From: the human T2T-CHM13v2.0 reference genome, Homo sapiens
Reading direction: 5' to 3' (one strand)
Assembly (NCBI RefSeq): GCF_009914755.1
Contig: NC_060927.1
DNA length: 64,000 nt
Positions within the stretch are counted from its first letter, which is position 1. Every line of letters begins with the position of its first letter. A program made the position numbers and the translations under genes. This document shows, in pieces, positions 36,626 to 62,754 of the stretch. A model generated the notes under the pieces. That model searched no databases and was not told the origin of the DNA. It saw only the letters and a list, made by a program, of their open reading frames with translations.

Positions 36626-38519
36626 GTAAACAGACCATCATTCACTAATGTAAGTGTAGAACAAAAAAGATAAACTAATATTTTCATCATCAGTGACACA
36701 GGGGGTGGTAGTAAATTTCACTGCTGAAGTATGAACTGACTCACATAACCAATCCACCAATAAATTTCTGGAGTTTCACTCAAATAAATATCCAGAAACA
36801 TTTTTCTTTTCCTTGGTTACTGTTTACCAAAGCAAGGATTCCATTCCCTTAACCTGTAGCTGGCAGTCTGGCCAATACACATGCATCTGACTACAAGAAC
36901 AGAAATGTCATGAGAATTCAGATTAGCTCACAAAAATGAGGCCTACAAAATGAAAATTACCACTCTTGTTAAACACATCAGTTAAGATGGAAACAGCATT
37001 TTCAATAGATGTGTATGTGCACACAGATGTGTGTTTCAACACAAAACCTTAAATTGAAAAAGTGAGGGTTAAATAATAAAAATACATAGTGAGAAATATA
37101 ACTTCTACAACCCTTGACCCCAAAGGCAAACAAACCCACTGTGACCAATTTTGTCTGTATATTTCCAGATATATTGTATTCCTAAACAAGCATCTAGGAG
37201 TATATATGTAGTTTAGAGAGAGAAAAAGACTATCACAAAGCTTGGCTATTTTTTATCTTTAGCACTCACACATTTCCATTAAAAGTTTACCACAATAAAA
37301 AAGCTGCCACAAAACACAAAAATTAAAAAAGCTTGTCATCACAGTGTAAAAGTCAACAACTAGAGTACTTAGAACATGATAAGCATTTAGCCAATGTTTT
37401 AACCACTCCACTCCACCCCGCAACACACACACAGAGAGGGGGGAGATCCAAGATACATGCTAGTCATATGTGCCAGTCAAAAGAAGATACAGAGAATTCA
37501 TACAGCAGGTAAAGTTCATATTTTAAAATATAACAGTATTGTTAGACAAAGACCATGGTGAAAAGGCTAAACAAATAATTTGGACAGAAGAAAAATTACT
37601 ATTATGCAGCACATACTGACATGGAATATTCAAGCTCACTAAAGCAGAAGAAAGAAAATGAAGAACAGGTGACTCCCAAAGCAAGACTAGATGTTATCTA
37701 CTCTTATACTGAAAGTAACTTTCCAATGTCATTATACATGGAACATTCTCATTAAGAGATGGGGCATCTCAATGAAGAGATCATTCTTTTCTACTGGATT
37801 GAAAAAGGGAATAAGAATTCGTTTTAATATCAAAACAACATAGAGAGTTACTTCAAAGAAATAGGGTAAACCTGTTTAGTTTTAAATTTCTAGAAGCAGC
37901 AAAGTTGAATTTGGGCCACTTAAATCTGTAAACTGTGTTTTCAAAAATGAGGAAGAATACGTAGCAAAGGGTTAGACAACAGATGGCTAATATTAGCTTA
38001 AAAATGTACTGAATGAGTTTGCTGACAATTCTTAGTTATAGTTTGTACCTTAAAATCTCTTCACTGTATGACACGGTTGAGTATGTACTGAGCCTAGGAT
38101 GAACAGTATTTCATTTTTTATTTTATTTTGGGGGAAAAATGAGTACTAGTTGTAATATAACTAGAAAACATGAATGGTAAGATCCAAAAGGAGCTTCATG
38201 AAGGTTTAAAAAGTAAATTTAGTCATGAGAAATGACTGCTTGATGTGTGGTTTGAAAAACTGTAATAAAATAGGCCCAACATCTGTATTACATGTTGTAT
38301 GTATGTACATGCCACAATCCCTCTACCTCAATTATGTCAACCTGTTATCATAACAATTATCTAAAGGGAAACAGAAAAATTTTTCACCTCAAAGCCTGCC
38401 CATGATGATAATGCTTTTGTCTCCAACTTTGCTGTCTCTATGCATGAAAGACATGGTTATAACATACTTGCTAAATGTGGAACAATCTGAACATCAAATA
38501 CAATAACTATAATTGATTA

Positions 38520-39520
<1,001 letters not shown>

Positions 39521-39879
39521 TAAATGAAGACTTGCATAATTAGTTCTGTCTTCCTGTTTCCTTAAAAAACGAAATTCTACAGCCAGCCCTGAACATGTAG
39601 AGTAGAGAACTTTGCTACTTTCTAGCAAAAGTTAAGAGAGTAACTCTCTAGCAAAAGTTGGGGGTTGGGGGGAGCCGGAAACTAAACTAAAAACAGTAAA
39701 TTGTGAAACCTATTTAAACATAATTAAGACTACTGAAATGTTCAACTAAAAAGTATTCAAGTTGGTTTCATAATTGTAACCAACAGTAGATGTCCTTCCA
39801 AAGTGTGAATATTAAGTGACAACAGTTAAAATAAGGATTTAGACAGGAAAGCTCACTGTGGCAGAAACTTTCTGGCCAA

Positions 39880-40212
39880 AATCTAATTCCCTTACCACTA
39901 TCTTGTCCCCAGTCAACTTCCAGAAAAGAGTGACCATTTGGCATTGTCCAACCATTAAGATGTGAAGACTGTTTTGGAGTTCCTGGTACAGTCAATGTTG
40001 CTTCCCTGTCCTCTTGCTTCCAATGCTTGGAGCCACAACAGCCATATGCAAACATGAGTGACAGGCCAAAAATTAATCATAGAGACATCTGTCCTGATAC
40101 CACCACGCCAGTGAATCAATACCAGCAACACTGCAACTCTGCTTATTATGAAGGAAAAATAAAGCTCTGTTTTATAAAGCAAGTGCAGTCTGGTTTTCTG
40201 TTATCTAATGCC
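39880..40212 (+). mobile_element. Old MLT1 (J/K/L-like) LTR
   Basis: aaaaataaagc...ggttttctgtta...aaccctaactgata end. Confidence 0.55.
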
Positions 40213-40229
40213 AAATTCAACCCTAACTG

Positions 40230-40520
40230 ATAGAACCACTGTTATCATTTTTTTAAAGTTGAGATATACAATTCACGTGCTATAAAATTCACCCTTTCAA
40301 ACTATACAATATAGTAGGTTTACTATATTCACCAATTTGCATAACCATTACCACTGTCTAATTTCAGAACACTTTCATCATACCAAAGAGACATCCCATA
40401 TCCATTAAATCACTCATTATCCTCCCCACCCCTACTCCCTGACAATCACTACTATTTGGATTTGCTTATTTTAAACATTTTCATATACATGAAATCATAT
40501 ATTATTATTAACATTTGTGT
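40230..40520 (-). mobile_element. L1M 3' end, reverse
   Basis: ttgagatatacaattcac..taaaattcaccctt...taatttcagaacactttcatca. Confidence 0.75.
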
Positions 40521-40521
40521 C

Positions 40522-42150
40522 CAGTCATATGTTGCTTGACTGTATTTCTCTTTTCTCCATCAACTGATGAATAAACACTCCACAATGTGCAATGAAGAAA
40601 TTATCTAATGATGCATTTTCTCAGAAAATTTTCTTTACAATGTGCAAACATTGTAGAATGTACTTACACAAATGTAGATGGTGTAGCCTGCTACACACCT
40701 AAGCTATATGGTATAGCCTATTGCTCCTAAGCTACAAACCTGTACATCATGTTACTGGACTGAACACTGCAGGCAACTGCAACACAATAGTAAGCCATTT
40801 GTGTATCTAAACATAGAAATGGTACAGTAAAAATATGGTACAGAAGACTTAAAATGGCACATCTATATGGGGCACTTACCATGAATAAAGCTTGCAGAAC
40901 TGTAAGTTGCTCTAGGTGAGTGAGTGAGTAGTGAGTGAATGTGAAGGCCTAAGACATTACTGTCCATTACTGTAGACTTTACAGACACTGAACATTTAGG
41001 CTACACTAAATTTATAAAATAATTTTACTTTTCTTTCAATAATGTCTTAACCTTAACTTACTGTAACTTTTTTACTTTATGAACTTTTTACTTTTTAAAC
41101 TTTTTGACTCTTTGGTAATAACACTCAGCTTAAAACAAACACATTGTCTGGATATACAAAAATATTTTCTTTCTTTTTGAGACAGGGTCTTGTTCTGTCA
41201 CCCAGCTAAAGTGAAGTGACTCAATCATAGCTCACTGTAGCCTCAAACTCCTGGGCTCAAGTGATCCTCAAACCTCAACCTACTGAATAGCTAAGACTAA
41301 AGGCATGTGCCACCATACCCAGCTAATTTTTAAATTTTGTATTTGTGGAGATAGGGTTTCACTATGTCTCCTAGACTCGTCTTGAACTTCTGGCCTCAAC
41401 TGATTTTCCGAACTAAGCCTCCCAAAGGGCTGGGATTACAAGTTTTTGTTTGTTTGTTTGTTTTACATCCTTGTTCTATAATTTTTTTTCTATTACTAAG
41501 CTTTTTTGTGATTTTATTTCTTAGACTTTTTTTATTTTTTAAACTTTTTTTAAGTTAAGTTATAAAAACTTAAAGTTTTTTCTTTTTTAAACTGTGCCTT
41601 AAAAACTAAGGCACAGGCATACACATTAGCCTAGACCTACACAGGGTCAGGATCATCAATATCACTGCCTTTCACCTCCACATGCTGTCCCACTGGAAAT
41701 TCTTCAGGAACAGTAACACCCATGAAGCTGTCATCTCTTATGATAACAATACCTTCCCTCTAGAATATCTCCTTAAAGACCTGCCAGAGACTGTTTTACA
41801 GTTAACATTTTTTTATAAGTAGGAGTACACTCTAAAATAACAATTGGAAGTATAGTACAATAAATATACAAACCAGTGACATAGTCATTTATTATCAAGT
41901 ATTATGTACTATATGTAATTGTATACGTCCCATACTTTTATTGTAAGACTGGCAGCCCAATAGGTTTATACCAGCATCACCACAAACGTTGACTATTTTG
42001 TAGTTCTATGACATTAGGAAGGTTACGAGATCACAAGGACTAAAATATTACTAGGCCATAGGAATTTTTCAGCTCCATGATCATCTTATGAAATAACTGT
42101 CACACGCAAGGTCACTGTTGACTGAAATGTCATTATATGACATATGACTA
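40522..42150 (+). mobile_element. Tigger3/Golem (MER7-like) DNA transposon, interrupted by AluJ minus (41165-41441)
   Basis: Ends cagtcatatg / catatgacta; gtacttacacaaa..gatggtgtagcct.ctacacacct..ctatatggtatagcctattgctcct. Confidence 0.85.
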
Positions 42151-42192
42151 TATATAAAAATCAACAGCTTTTTCTACTGGAGAAACGAGAAT

Positions 42193-42537
42193 TGCTATGG
42201 TCTGAATGTTGGTATCCTGCCAGCATTCAGGTTAGAACCTAATACCCAATGTGAAATTATTAAGAGGTGGGGTCCTTTTGTGAAGTAATTAAGGCATGAG
42301 GACTCTACCAACATGAATGGAATTAGTGCCCTTATTAAAAAGGTTGATGTAAGTTGCCTTGCCCTTTCTAACATGTGAAAACACAATCTTTGCAGCAGAG
42401 TGAGCCCTCGCCAGACACTGAATTTACTGGCACCTTCATCTTAGACATCCCAGCCTCTAGAATCAAAATAAATTTCTGTTGTTTATAAATTACTCAGTAT
42501 AAGGTATTTTGTTATAGCAGCCTGAATAGACTAAGAA
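42193..42537 (+). mobile_element. MST (MSTC/D-like) MaLR solo LTR
   Basis: tgctatggtctgaatgtt...aataaatttctgttgtttataaatta...gttatagcagcctgaatagactaaga. Confidence 0.85.
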
Positions 42538-43959
42538 AATAATCTTAGAGAAGGAAGTGAGATTAAAATACTCTCAACATCAGATCATTTCTGATATATA
42601 TATCATATATATAATATATATTATATATATTTAGTACTTTGATATATATTATATATTATATTTTATATATGTATATAATATATATATATTCTCAACAGCA
42701 ACAATACCTATATATGACTTCTGAAGAAATTTAGTAAAAGTTGGCACTAGTATGAAGAAAATACACATTCTTAGTGAAGGGCATAAACTTTATCATGTAT
42801 TTGAAAAGCAGTGATAGAAGTATCAATTGCCCCCATATTAATTTATTAATTTTATGTAATTCAAATTAGAATCAAAACAATTTCTACTTTATTAAGAAAA
42901 AAATCGAGTTTATATATAAGAACAAATGCTAGAGAACAGCTAATGCTAAAAAAAAAAGGTGTAAACTTGAAACTGCTTCAAATAACAGTGCATATTAGAC
43001 TGTCACAGAAAATAAATCAATATAGTATTGATATAGAAACACATCAATATATAAATAAAATAGTACCCAATGATGAAAAAATCCATAAATATAAAGATTT
43101 TAAATGAAATAGGGCAATCACCCAAGTCAGTGGGAAATAGATGGCTTAATTTTTTTAAGTGTTGAGAATCTCCAAGCAGAAAAAAGTAGATTCCCTTATG
43201 TTATCCAACATACAAAAATAAACGAGGTAAACATGAATTGCAAAAAAAAAAAAAAATCTTATAGGAAAACAGTATGAGAAACATTCACTACTCAAAAGTA
43301 GAACTATAAAAAATTCATATTAAAAATTAAGTTTTTGTATCTAGGGAAAAGTAAAAATATTTCAACAGTGGTAATGAAGAACTAATGCTTTTAACACACA
43401 CTGAGCTTCTGCAATTTGAAAAAGATAAACAACTCAAAATTAGGTGCCATGTGTGGTGGCTCATGCCTGTAATCCCGGCACTTTGGAAGGCCAAGGTGGG
43501 ATAATCACTTGAGGCCAGGAGTTTGAGACCAGCATGGACAACATAGCAAGACCCCCATGCTCACAAAAAAAAAAAAAAAAGAAAAAGAAGAAAAAGAAAA
43601 AAAAAAAACAATCAGGCATGATGGCATGTGCCTGCTGTAGTACTAGCTACCTGGCAGTGGGGAGAGCAGGGCAAATTTTATTTCAACAAAGAATATCAAA
43701 AATACTTCACAAAAAAAAAAAAAAACAAATGTCTACAAACATAAAAAAGATGTTCAAACTTATGCCTGCCCAAGAAATTCAAAGTAACAGAAACTAGGAG
43801 ACATAATGTTACACCTATTGGGCTGGCAAACTTAAAAAGTTACAGCCCTACTGCTGGCAAGGATGTAGGAGAAAGAATTCTCCAACATTGCTGGTGGCAA
43901 ATTTTTGTGGAAAGCAATTTGGCAACATCAAGTGAAACAAAAAATATAGAAATCCTTTA

Positions 43960-44628
<669 letters not shown>

Positions 44629-45555
44629 AGCATCATGAAGTCAGGACATATATTCAAAGATACAACATTATTTAAAATGAGAAAGAACTAGAAATAAAAT
44701 ATATTCCCATAAATGTGGGAATGGCTAAATAAATTTTATACAACACAACATGAAGCATTCATTATACAGCCATGAAAATAATAAACTACAGTCTGGCCAA
44801 CATGGCGAAACCTGTCTCTACTAAAAATACAAAAATTAGCCGTGCACGCCTGTAATCCCAGCTACTCAGGAGTCTGAGGCATGAGAATCACTTGAACCCA
44901 GGAGGCAGAGGTTGCAGTGAGCCAAGATCGTGCCACTGCACTCCAACCTGGGCATCAGAGCGAGACCCTGTCTCAAATAAAAAAAGAAAATAATAAACTA
45001 GAGCTATACCTTAGGTGGGGGAATTCCCTCCAAGCTGTTATTAGTGAAAAAGCAAGTTACAGAAAAGTGTGCAAAACAATCCCTTTTTTAAAAATCTTCA
45101 CATAAAGGCCTATATAAGTAAAAATACACATAACTAAAAGATTGTATGAGTAGAGAGAAAAAGAGTAACATTTTTAGTAATACAGTAAAATGGAGTAATA
45201 CGTAATACTATTTACAAGAATTTTTGGGAGGCACAGGGGCAGGGATTAGGGAAGGGATACAACGGGAAGGAAAGTTGAAAACCAAGTCAAAAACAATGGC
45301 ATGAGTGATAAATCCTCATTTATTATTTCATGTAAAATTATAAATAAAATATTTTTAATTTTAAGCAGATACATCAAGATATAAATTTTGTCCAAGATAA
45401 GGATGAAAGATTTACACTTACACATAACAAGATAAAGAAACCTAAAGTAACCATTGAATAACACAAAAAAATTATAACTAGTGGTAAATATATATATAAA
45501 GAAATATATATATTACATATACCTATATACGTATAAAAGTATACATTTATATATA

Positions 45556-45931
45556 CAGTCATTCCTCAATATCCATGGGGGATTGGTTCCAGGACCCCAC
45601 CCCCACCCCACCCTTGTGAATACTAAAATCCACAGATGCTCAAGTGCCTTATATAAAATGATGTAGTATTTGCATATATCCTACAAACATCTGTCCATAT
45701 ATTTTAAAATCATTCTTGCAACCTTTTAAAATTTCTTATGATACCTAATAAAACATAAATGCTATATTAATAATTGTTGTATTGTTTAGGAAATAAGAAA
45801 AAGTCTATACACATGCAGTACAGACAGAACCATTCTTTTTTCCCCAAAATATTTTCTACCCACAGTTGGCTGAATCCACAGATATAGAACCCATGTACGA
45901 AGTTATGTATATGATATGCAGGGCTGACTGT
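45556..45931 (+). mobile_element. MER2 (Tigger) DNA transposon
   Basis: ta|cagtcattcctcaatatccatgggggattggttccaggacccc...ggctgactg|ta. Confidence 0.88.
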
Positions 45932-46359
45932 ACACATAAAGTATCAAAATTCACTGAGGAGAATATAATCAATCTGTGAATTACATTTCAGAAAGCTACA
46001 AAAAGCAATTTACCTATGCCCTAATTGAAGAATATGAATCTTTATATTAGAATTGAAAACTGTATTAATCACAAATATTTAATTGAACGATTTAAATGAA
46101 CAGCTTTGATATGTGAAATTAAGCCTTCCTTATATGATCAATCTGCCTGTAGCCTTGGGGGAAAAATACACTCCCTTAACTCAGGCACAATCCAAACAAG
46201 GTAGTATACAAGGCATGAGGTTATAAATAAGAGCTGAAATACCAGGCTATATAAAGTATCTATAAAATGAACACAGCCACTGCCATTTACAGCAAAAATT
46301 GGCATTACATTTTTTTAAAAAAGATAACTTCATTTTTCAAATGTTTCAAGATTAAACAA

Positions 46360-47982
<1,623 letters not shown>

Positions 47983-47985
<3 letters not shown>

Positions 47986-48278
47986 TTTTTTTTTTGAGAT
48001 GGAGTCTGGCTCTGTCTCCCAGGCTGGAGTACAGTGGCATGATCTAGGTTCACTGCCACCTTTTCCTCCTGGGTTCAAGTGATTCTCCTGCCTCAGCCTC
48101 CCAAGTAGCTAGGACCACAGGTGCACACCAACACACCCAGCTAATTTTTGTATGTTTTGTAGAGCTGGGGTTTTGCCATGTTGGCCAGGCTGGTCTCAAA
48201 CTCCTGGACTCAGGTGATCCACCAGCCTCGGCCTCCCAAAGTGCTAGGATTACTGGCACGAGCCACAGTGCCCAGCCT
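47983..48278 (-). mobile_element. AluS
   Basis: Reverse Alu; TSD-like ttcaac...attttt. Confidence 0.92.
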
Positions 48279-48309
48279 TCAACGTGATTTTTTTTTTTAA
48301 ACTACAGAT

Positions 48310-50510
<2,201 letters not shown>

Positions 50511-50970
50511 TATCAAAATCAAAGTATAGAGACAAATCTCTAAGCAAAATATTTCAGCTGGGAATATATAAAACCAGAAGTGCAACTTGGAACAAACACA
50601 AAGACTGAGGTGGTCTTTAGTATGTCTGAAGAATAAAGAAGATTGGGGTTTAAGTAGGAAAGATAAATGTTATGTATATTGTTTTAATAGAAAGCTCATT
50701 GGTGCTAGTGAGAGTTCTCAAGTATTGGTAAGCTCTGATTGGTGAGTGACAGCAGTAGGTAAAACTAGCCACAGAGTAAGGCAGGTGGTTTTAGCAGCTA
50801 CTAGGCAAAACTGGCCTTAAGATTACAGCAGGTTGTTTTGGCAGCTGGGCTTGGAAGATAATTCCTGGCACAGGCACTTTATGCTCTGAGTGTTTTTCCC
50901 CTACCTGGTGCCTCAACTCCAAATTAGTTGGGTGTCACAGTAACTCCAATTCACATAATCGATTTTCACA
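50511..50970 (-). mobile_element. 3' LTR of provirus
   Basis: Direct repeat of 60651-61118 (shares gtgacagcagtaggtaaaa, aaggcaggtggttttagcagctactagg); minus strand starts TGTGAAAATC. Confidence 0.92.
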
Positions 50971-50986
50971 TTTTTCCCTTTTCCTC
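50971..50986 (-). other. Polypurine tract
   Basis: Minus strand AGGAAAAGGGAAAAA immediately before the 3' LTR TG. Confidence 0.85.
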
Positions 50987-51199
50987 AAACTCTTTCTCTG
51001 AAAGCATCAACTATCCTGAATTTAGGCTTTAATTGTCTCTCAGTGTGGAAATGGATGTATCCTTGTTGTCTCTGGTCCCACATCAGGGAGAAAATATGAC
51101 AGTCAATGTCAGGGATCCAAGCCACAAGTTAGTTACAAAGAGGACAAAAGGAAAAACCCTCATGGCAGGTTTGCCTGGAGTTCAGAATTGAATTCCATC

Positions 51200-52793
<1,594 letters not shown>

Positions 52794-52819
52794 TGACAGT
52801 ATACTACAGATGTCTGTTT

Positions 52820-57800
<4,981 letters not shown>

Positions 57801-57829
57801 AAGAGATGTCATCATGATTTTATTTTTTG

Positions 57830-58129
57830 TTTTAAGTCTTGTCCCAATAAATGAGCTGAAGCAGATTTCACCAATAAAAAGGGATGAATATCCTGTAAAC
57901 GTCCAAGGCAAAAAGTAATGGGCTGGGACAGAAAGGTTGTCAATGGTTTATTAGAAACTCCCACTATTTGAATATTTTTATTATTCCAACACCGTGGCTG
58001 GTTGAGACTGGTGGGGCTGAGGACCAATATGGTTGCTCCTGTGTCTACAAGAATAGTCAGAACTTCACTGCCAATTTGAAGAAAGTTTTCTGTGAGGTGA
58101 TTAAAAGAAAGGACTGGGAAAAACCCCAA
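57830..58129 (-). pseudogene. pro: ERV aspartyl protease remnant
   Basis: ORF 57812-58129 with ILVDTGAT active site, IQIVGVS flap and HLLGQDL. Confidence 0.9.
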
Positions 58130-58199
58130 TGTGTCCTCAGAACCCCTTCATTCTAAAGGAGAAGCCAAAGAGATAAATGAAGAAGTCCATTTAGATAGC

Positions 58200-60260
<2,061 letters not shown>

Positions 60261-60628
60261 GTAAATAAATCTAGGTGACTTGGTTTAACATCAAACACAC
60301 AAAAGTCGAAATAAAAACCAAGTGCAAAAAGAGTAAAGTACTCACTAGAAAAAAAAAAAGACAAAACTTTCTTTAACAGGAGGGTGAAAGTCCCCATACA
60401 CAGGAAGGGGAAAATCCCTCATAAACAAGAGGAAAAAGATCCCTCAAAAATTAAATCCAAAATAAAACTGGAAAGTTCAAACCACAAGAAATGGGAGTTC
60501 AATCCGAAAGAGACTTACCAAGTGGGGGAAAAAAAGCAACACACAGAAGCAGGAGGATCAAAGAGTACATAGTTCTGGGGCGGGGGGATGGGGAGGCCAC
60601 TAAACCCCTCCAGGTGAGCTCACCTTGG

Positions 60629-60646
60629 ATCCCACTTCTGACACCA
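60629..60646 (-). other. Primer binding site for tRNA-Leu
   Basis: Minus strand TGGTGTCAGAAGTGGGAT, complementary to the 3' end of tRNA-Leu(CAA), 4 nt from the 5' LTR. Confidence 0.88.
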
Positions 60647-60650
60647 GGTA

Positions 60651-61118
60651 TGTCAAAAGCAAATAAAGCACAGAAACACATCTCTAAACAAGACATTTTA
60701 TTTGGGAATATATAAAAACAGAATTGCAATTCAGGACATACACACAGAGCAGGATAATCTTTGGTATGTCTAAAGAACAAACAAAAGATTGGGGTTTTAT
60801 TAGGAAAGAGAAATGTTGCATTAATTGCTTTGATAAAAAGCTTGTTGACATTAGCAAAGTTTTTCTGGAACCACCAAGCTGTAACTGGTAAGTGACAGCA
60901 GTAGGTAAAAGTTGCCTTAGAGTCAAGGCAGGTGGTTTTAGCAGCTACTAGGTAAAACTGGGCTTAAGTTTATACAAGGTCATTTTGGTGGCTGGGCTTG
61001 TGAGACAATCCCTGGAAGCATGTGCTTTGTACCATAAATGCTTTTTCCTCCTTGGCCCCTTGACTCCAGTTTAGCTAGGTATGACAATTAACCTCAATTT
61101 GTATAAATGATTTTCATA
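60651..61118 (-). mobile_element. 5' LTR of provirus
   Basis: Homologous to 50511-50970; ends CA on the minus strand, followed by the PBS. Confidence 0.92.
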
Positions 61119-61410
61119 AGAGCATGGAGGATTTTTAGGGCAGTCAGACAACAGTGTATGATTCTATAATGGTGGGTGCATGCTATATTTGACAAAACCC
61201 ATAGAATGTACACCACCAAGAGTAAATACTAATGTAAACTATGAACTTTGAGTGATAATGAGTCAGTGTAGGTTCATCAACTATAACAAATGTACCAATC
61301 TGCTGACAGTGGGGGAGGTTGTGCATATTGGGGGAGTGAAGAGGGGTTTTTTGTGAACCCTCTATACTTACTGCTCAATTTTGCTGTAAATCTTAAACTT
61401 CTTTTTAATA
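61119..61410 (+). mobile_element. Continuation of the L1MC 3' end split by the provirus
   Basis: agagcatggaggatttttagggcagt...aaacccatagaatgtaca..ccaagagt..ctcaattttgctgt. Confidence 0.88.
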
Positions 61411-61735
61411 AAAGGAATGAAGTATTAATAAACAAACAACATGTATGAATCTCAAATGCACTGTGCTTAATAAAAGAAGCCAGGCTAAAAAGGTTACATA
61501 TCAAATGATTCCGTATGTATGACATTCTGAGAAAAGCAGAACCACGAATAAGAAAACAGGTCACTGTTGCTAGGACCTGAGGTTCATGAAAGGAATGATC
61601 AAAAAGGGTATGAGGGAAATGTTAAAACTCTTCTATATTTTGATTCTGTTGATGGTTGCACAACGGATGCACATGAAACTCATGAAACTGAACACTAAAA
61701 AAAGTTTTGAATTTTACCGTATGTAAATTATACTC
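61410..61735 (+). mobile_element. Old L1M(E) 3' end
   Basis: atgaatctcaaatgca...aagaagccag...atgacattctg. Confidence 0.7.
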
Positions 61736-62019
61736 AGGGTGGAGGAACGTTTGTTGTCTTTAACATCTGTGGCGATATTCTTTTTGCTAAGTTAGTATTT
61801 ATGATGCTTGGGACTTTTCATTGCAAATGAAATTTTAAAGTTTATTTCTGACTTACAATGAATAAAGCCTTTCCACTTTATAAATTAAAATTTTCCACAC
61901 TTAACATTTTTTACCTTGAAATCTATTACACTTTCTATGTTGCTTATGAACTTAGTTTTCTCACTTAATATTGCATATGTTCCAAATTAAGCAGGTAGTT
62001 CCCAATCCCAGTCAGGGTA

Positions 62020-62345
62020 CAGTTCTCAAAGTGTGAAACTAAAAGCATCTGCATCAACTGCAAGTTGTTCGAAATGCAAAATCTCAGTTCCCACCCGACC
62101 AACTGAATCACACTCAGTTTGGGATCTTCCAGGTGATTCTAAAACAGTTTAAGAATCACTATCTTTACCCTCTAAATAATTAAATCAGGTTCTCTGGGGA
62201 TGAGATCCAGCCACCAGCATTTTTTTTAACTCCCTAGATGATTCTAATGTGTGGTCACAGTTGATTTTGATTCAGAAAATCTTGGGAGGGCACCAGACAT
62301 CATATTTTTAACAATTCCAATTATTTCTAATGTCAATAGCCTAAA
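62020..62345. mobile_element. MER5A/MER5-type hAT-Charlie fragments
   Basis: gttctcaaagtgtg..gcatc.gcatca..gaaatgcaaaatctc..ctgaatca..ccaggtgattct..gtttaagaatcact. Confidence 0.7.
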
Positions 62346-62754
62346 GTAGAAAATAAAGCATTCTCTCACAAATACTGACTACCATCTTCTGCTATAATGC
62401 AATGTACTTTTTCTCACTGGAAAACTCCGTTTACTTCAGCTCCCTGGAATTAGACACAACCCAGGCATTTTGAAATCTGGAATTATCCAACTAAGAGGAA
62501 CAGAATATAAAGAGATTAAAACATCTTCAGCCTGATTACATTCCCAGGAAGTGTATCTTGTGTTAATATAGGGATTAGAAGATACATTTATAGAAATGGG
62601 ACTGCACCACAAATGTTTCAATAAATAAACATCAGGTGCATTTAGCAGAAGTCAGATGTCCACAGCCATATTTTACTGTTTTCTTATGAAATACACATTA
62701 TAACTATATAGACAGAGCAAGATTACGTCTTGGGAAAAAAAAAAGAAAGAAAGA

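Noticed and set aside
39768-40230. Three overlapping ORFs
   Set aside because: They overlap an old MLT1-like LTR and show no recognisable protein features.
57812-58129. Open protease-like ORF as a domesticated gene
   Set aside because: Neighbouring gag and pol are disrupted, the GRD motif reads GQD and the frame ends right after it; a ~100-codon open stretch can survive by chance.
60629-60646. tRNA-Leu 3' end sequence as a tRNA gene or pseudogene
   Set aside because: Only 18 nt, adjacent to an LTR; it is the PBS.
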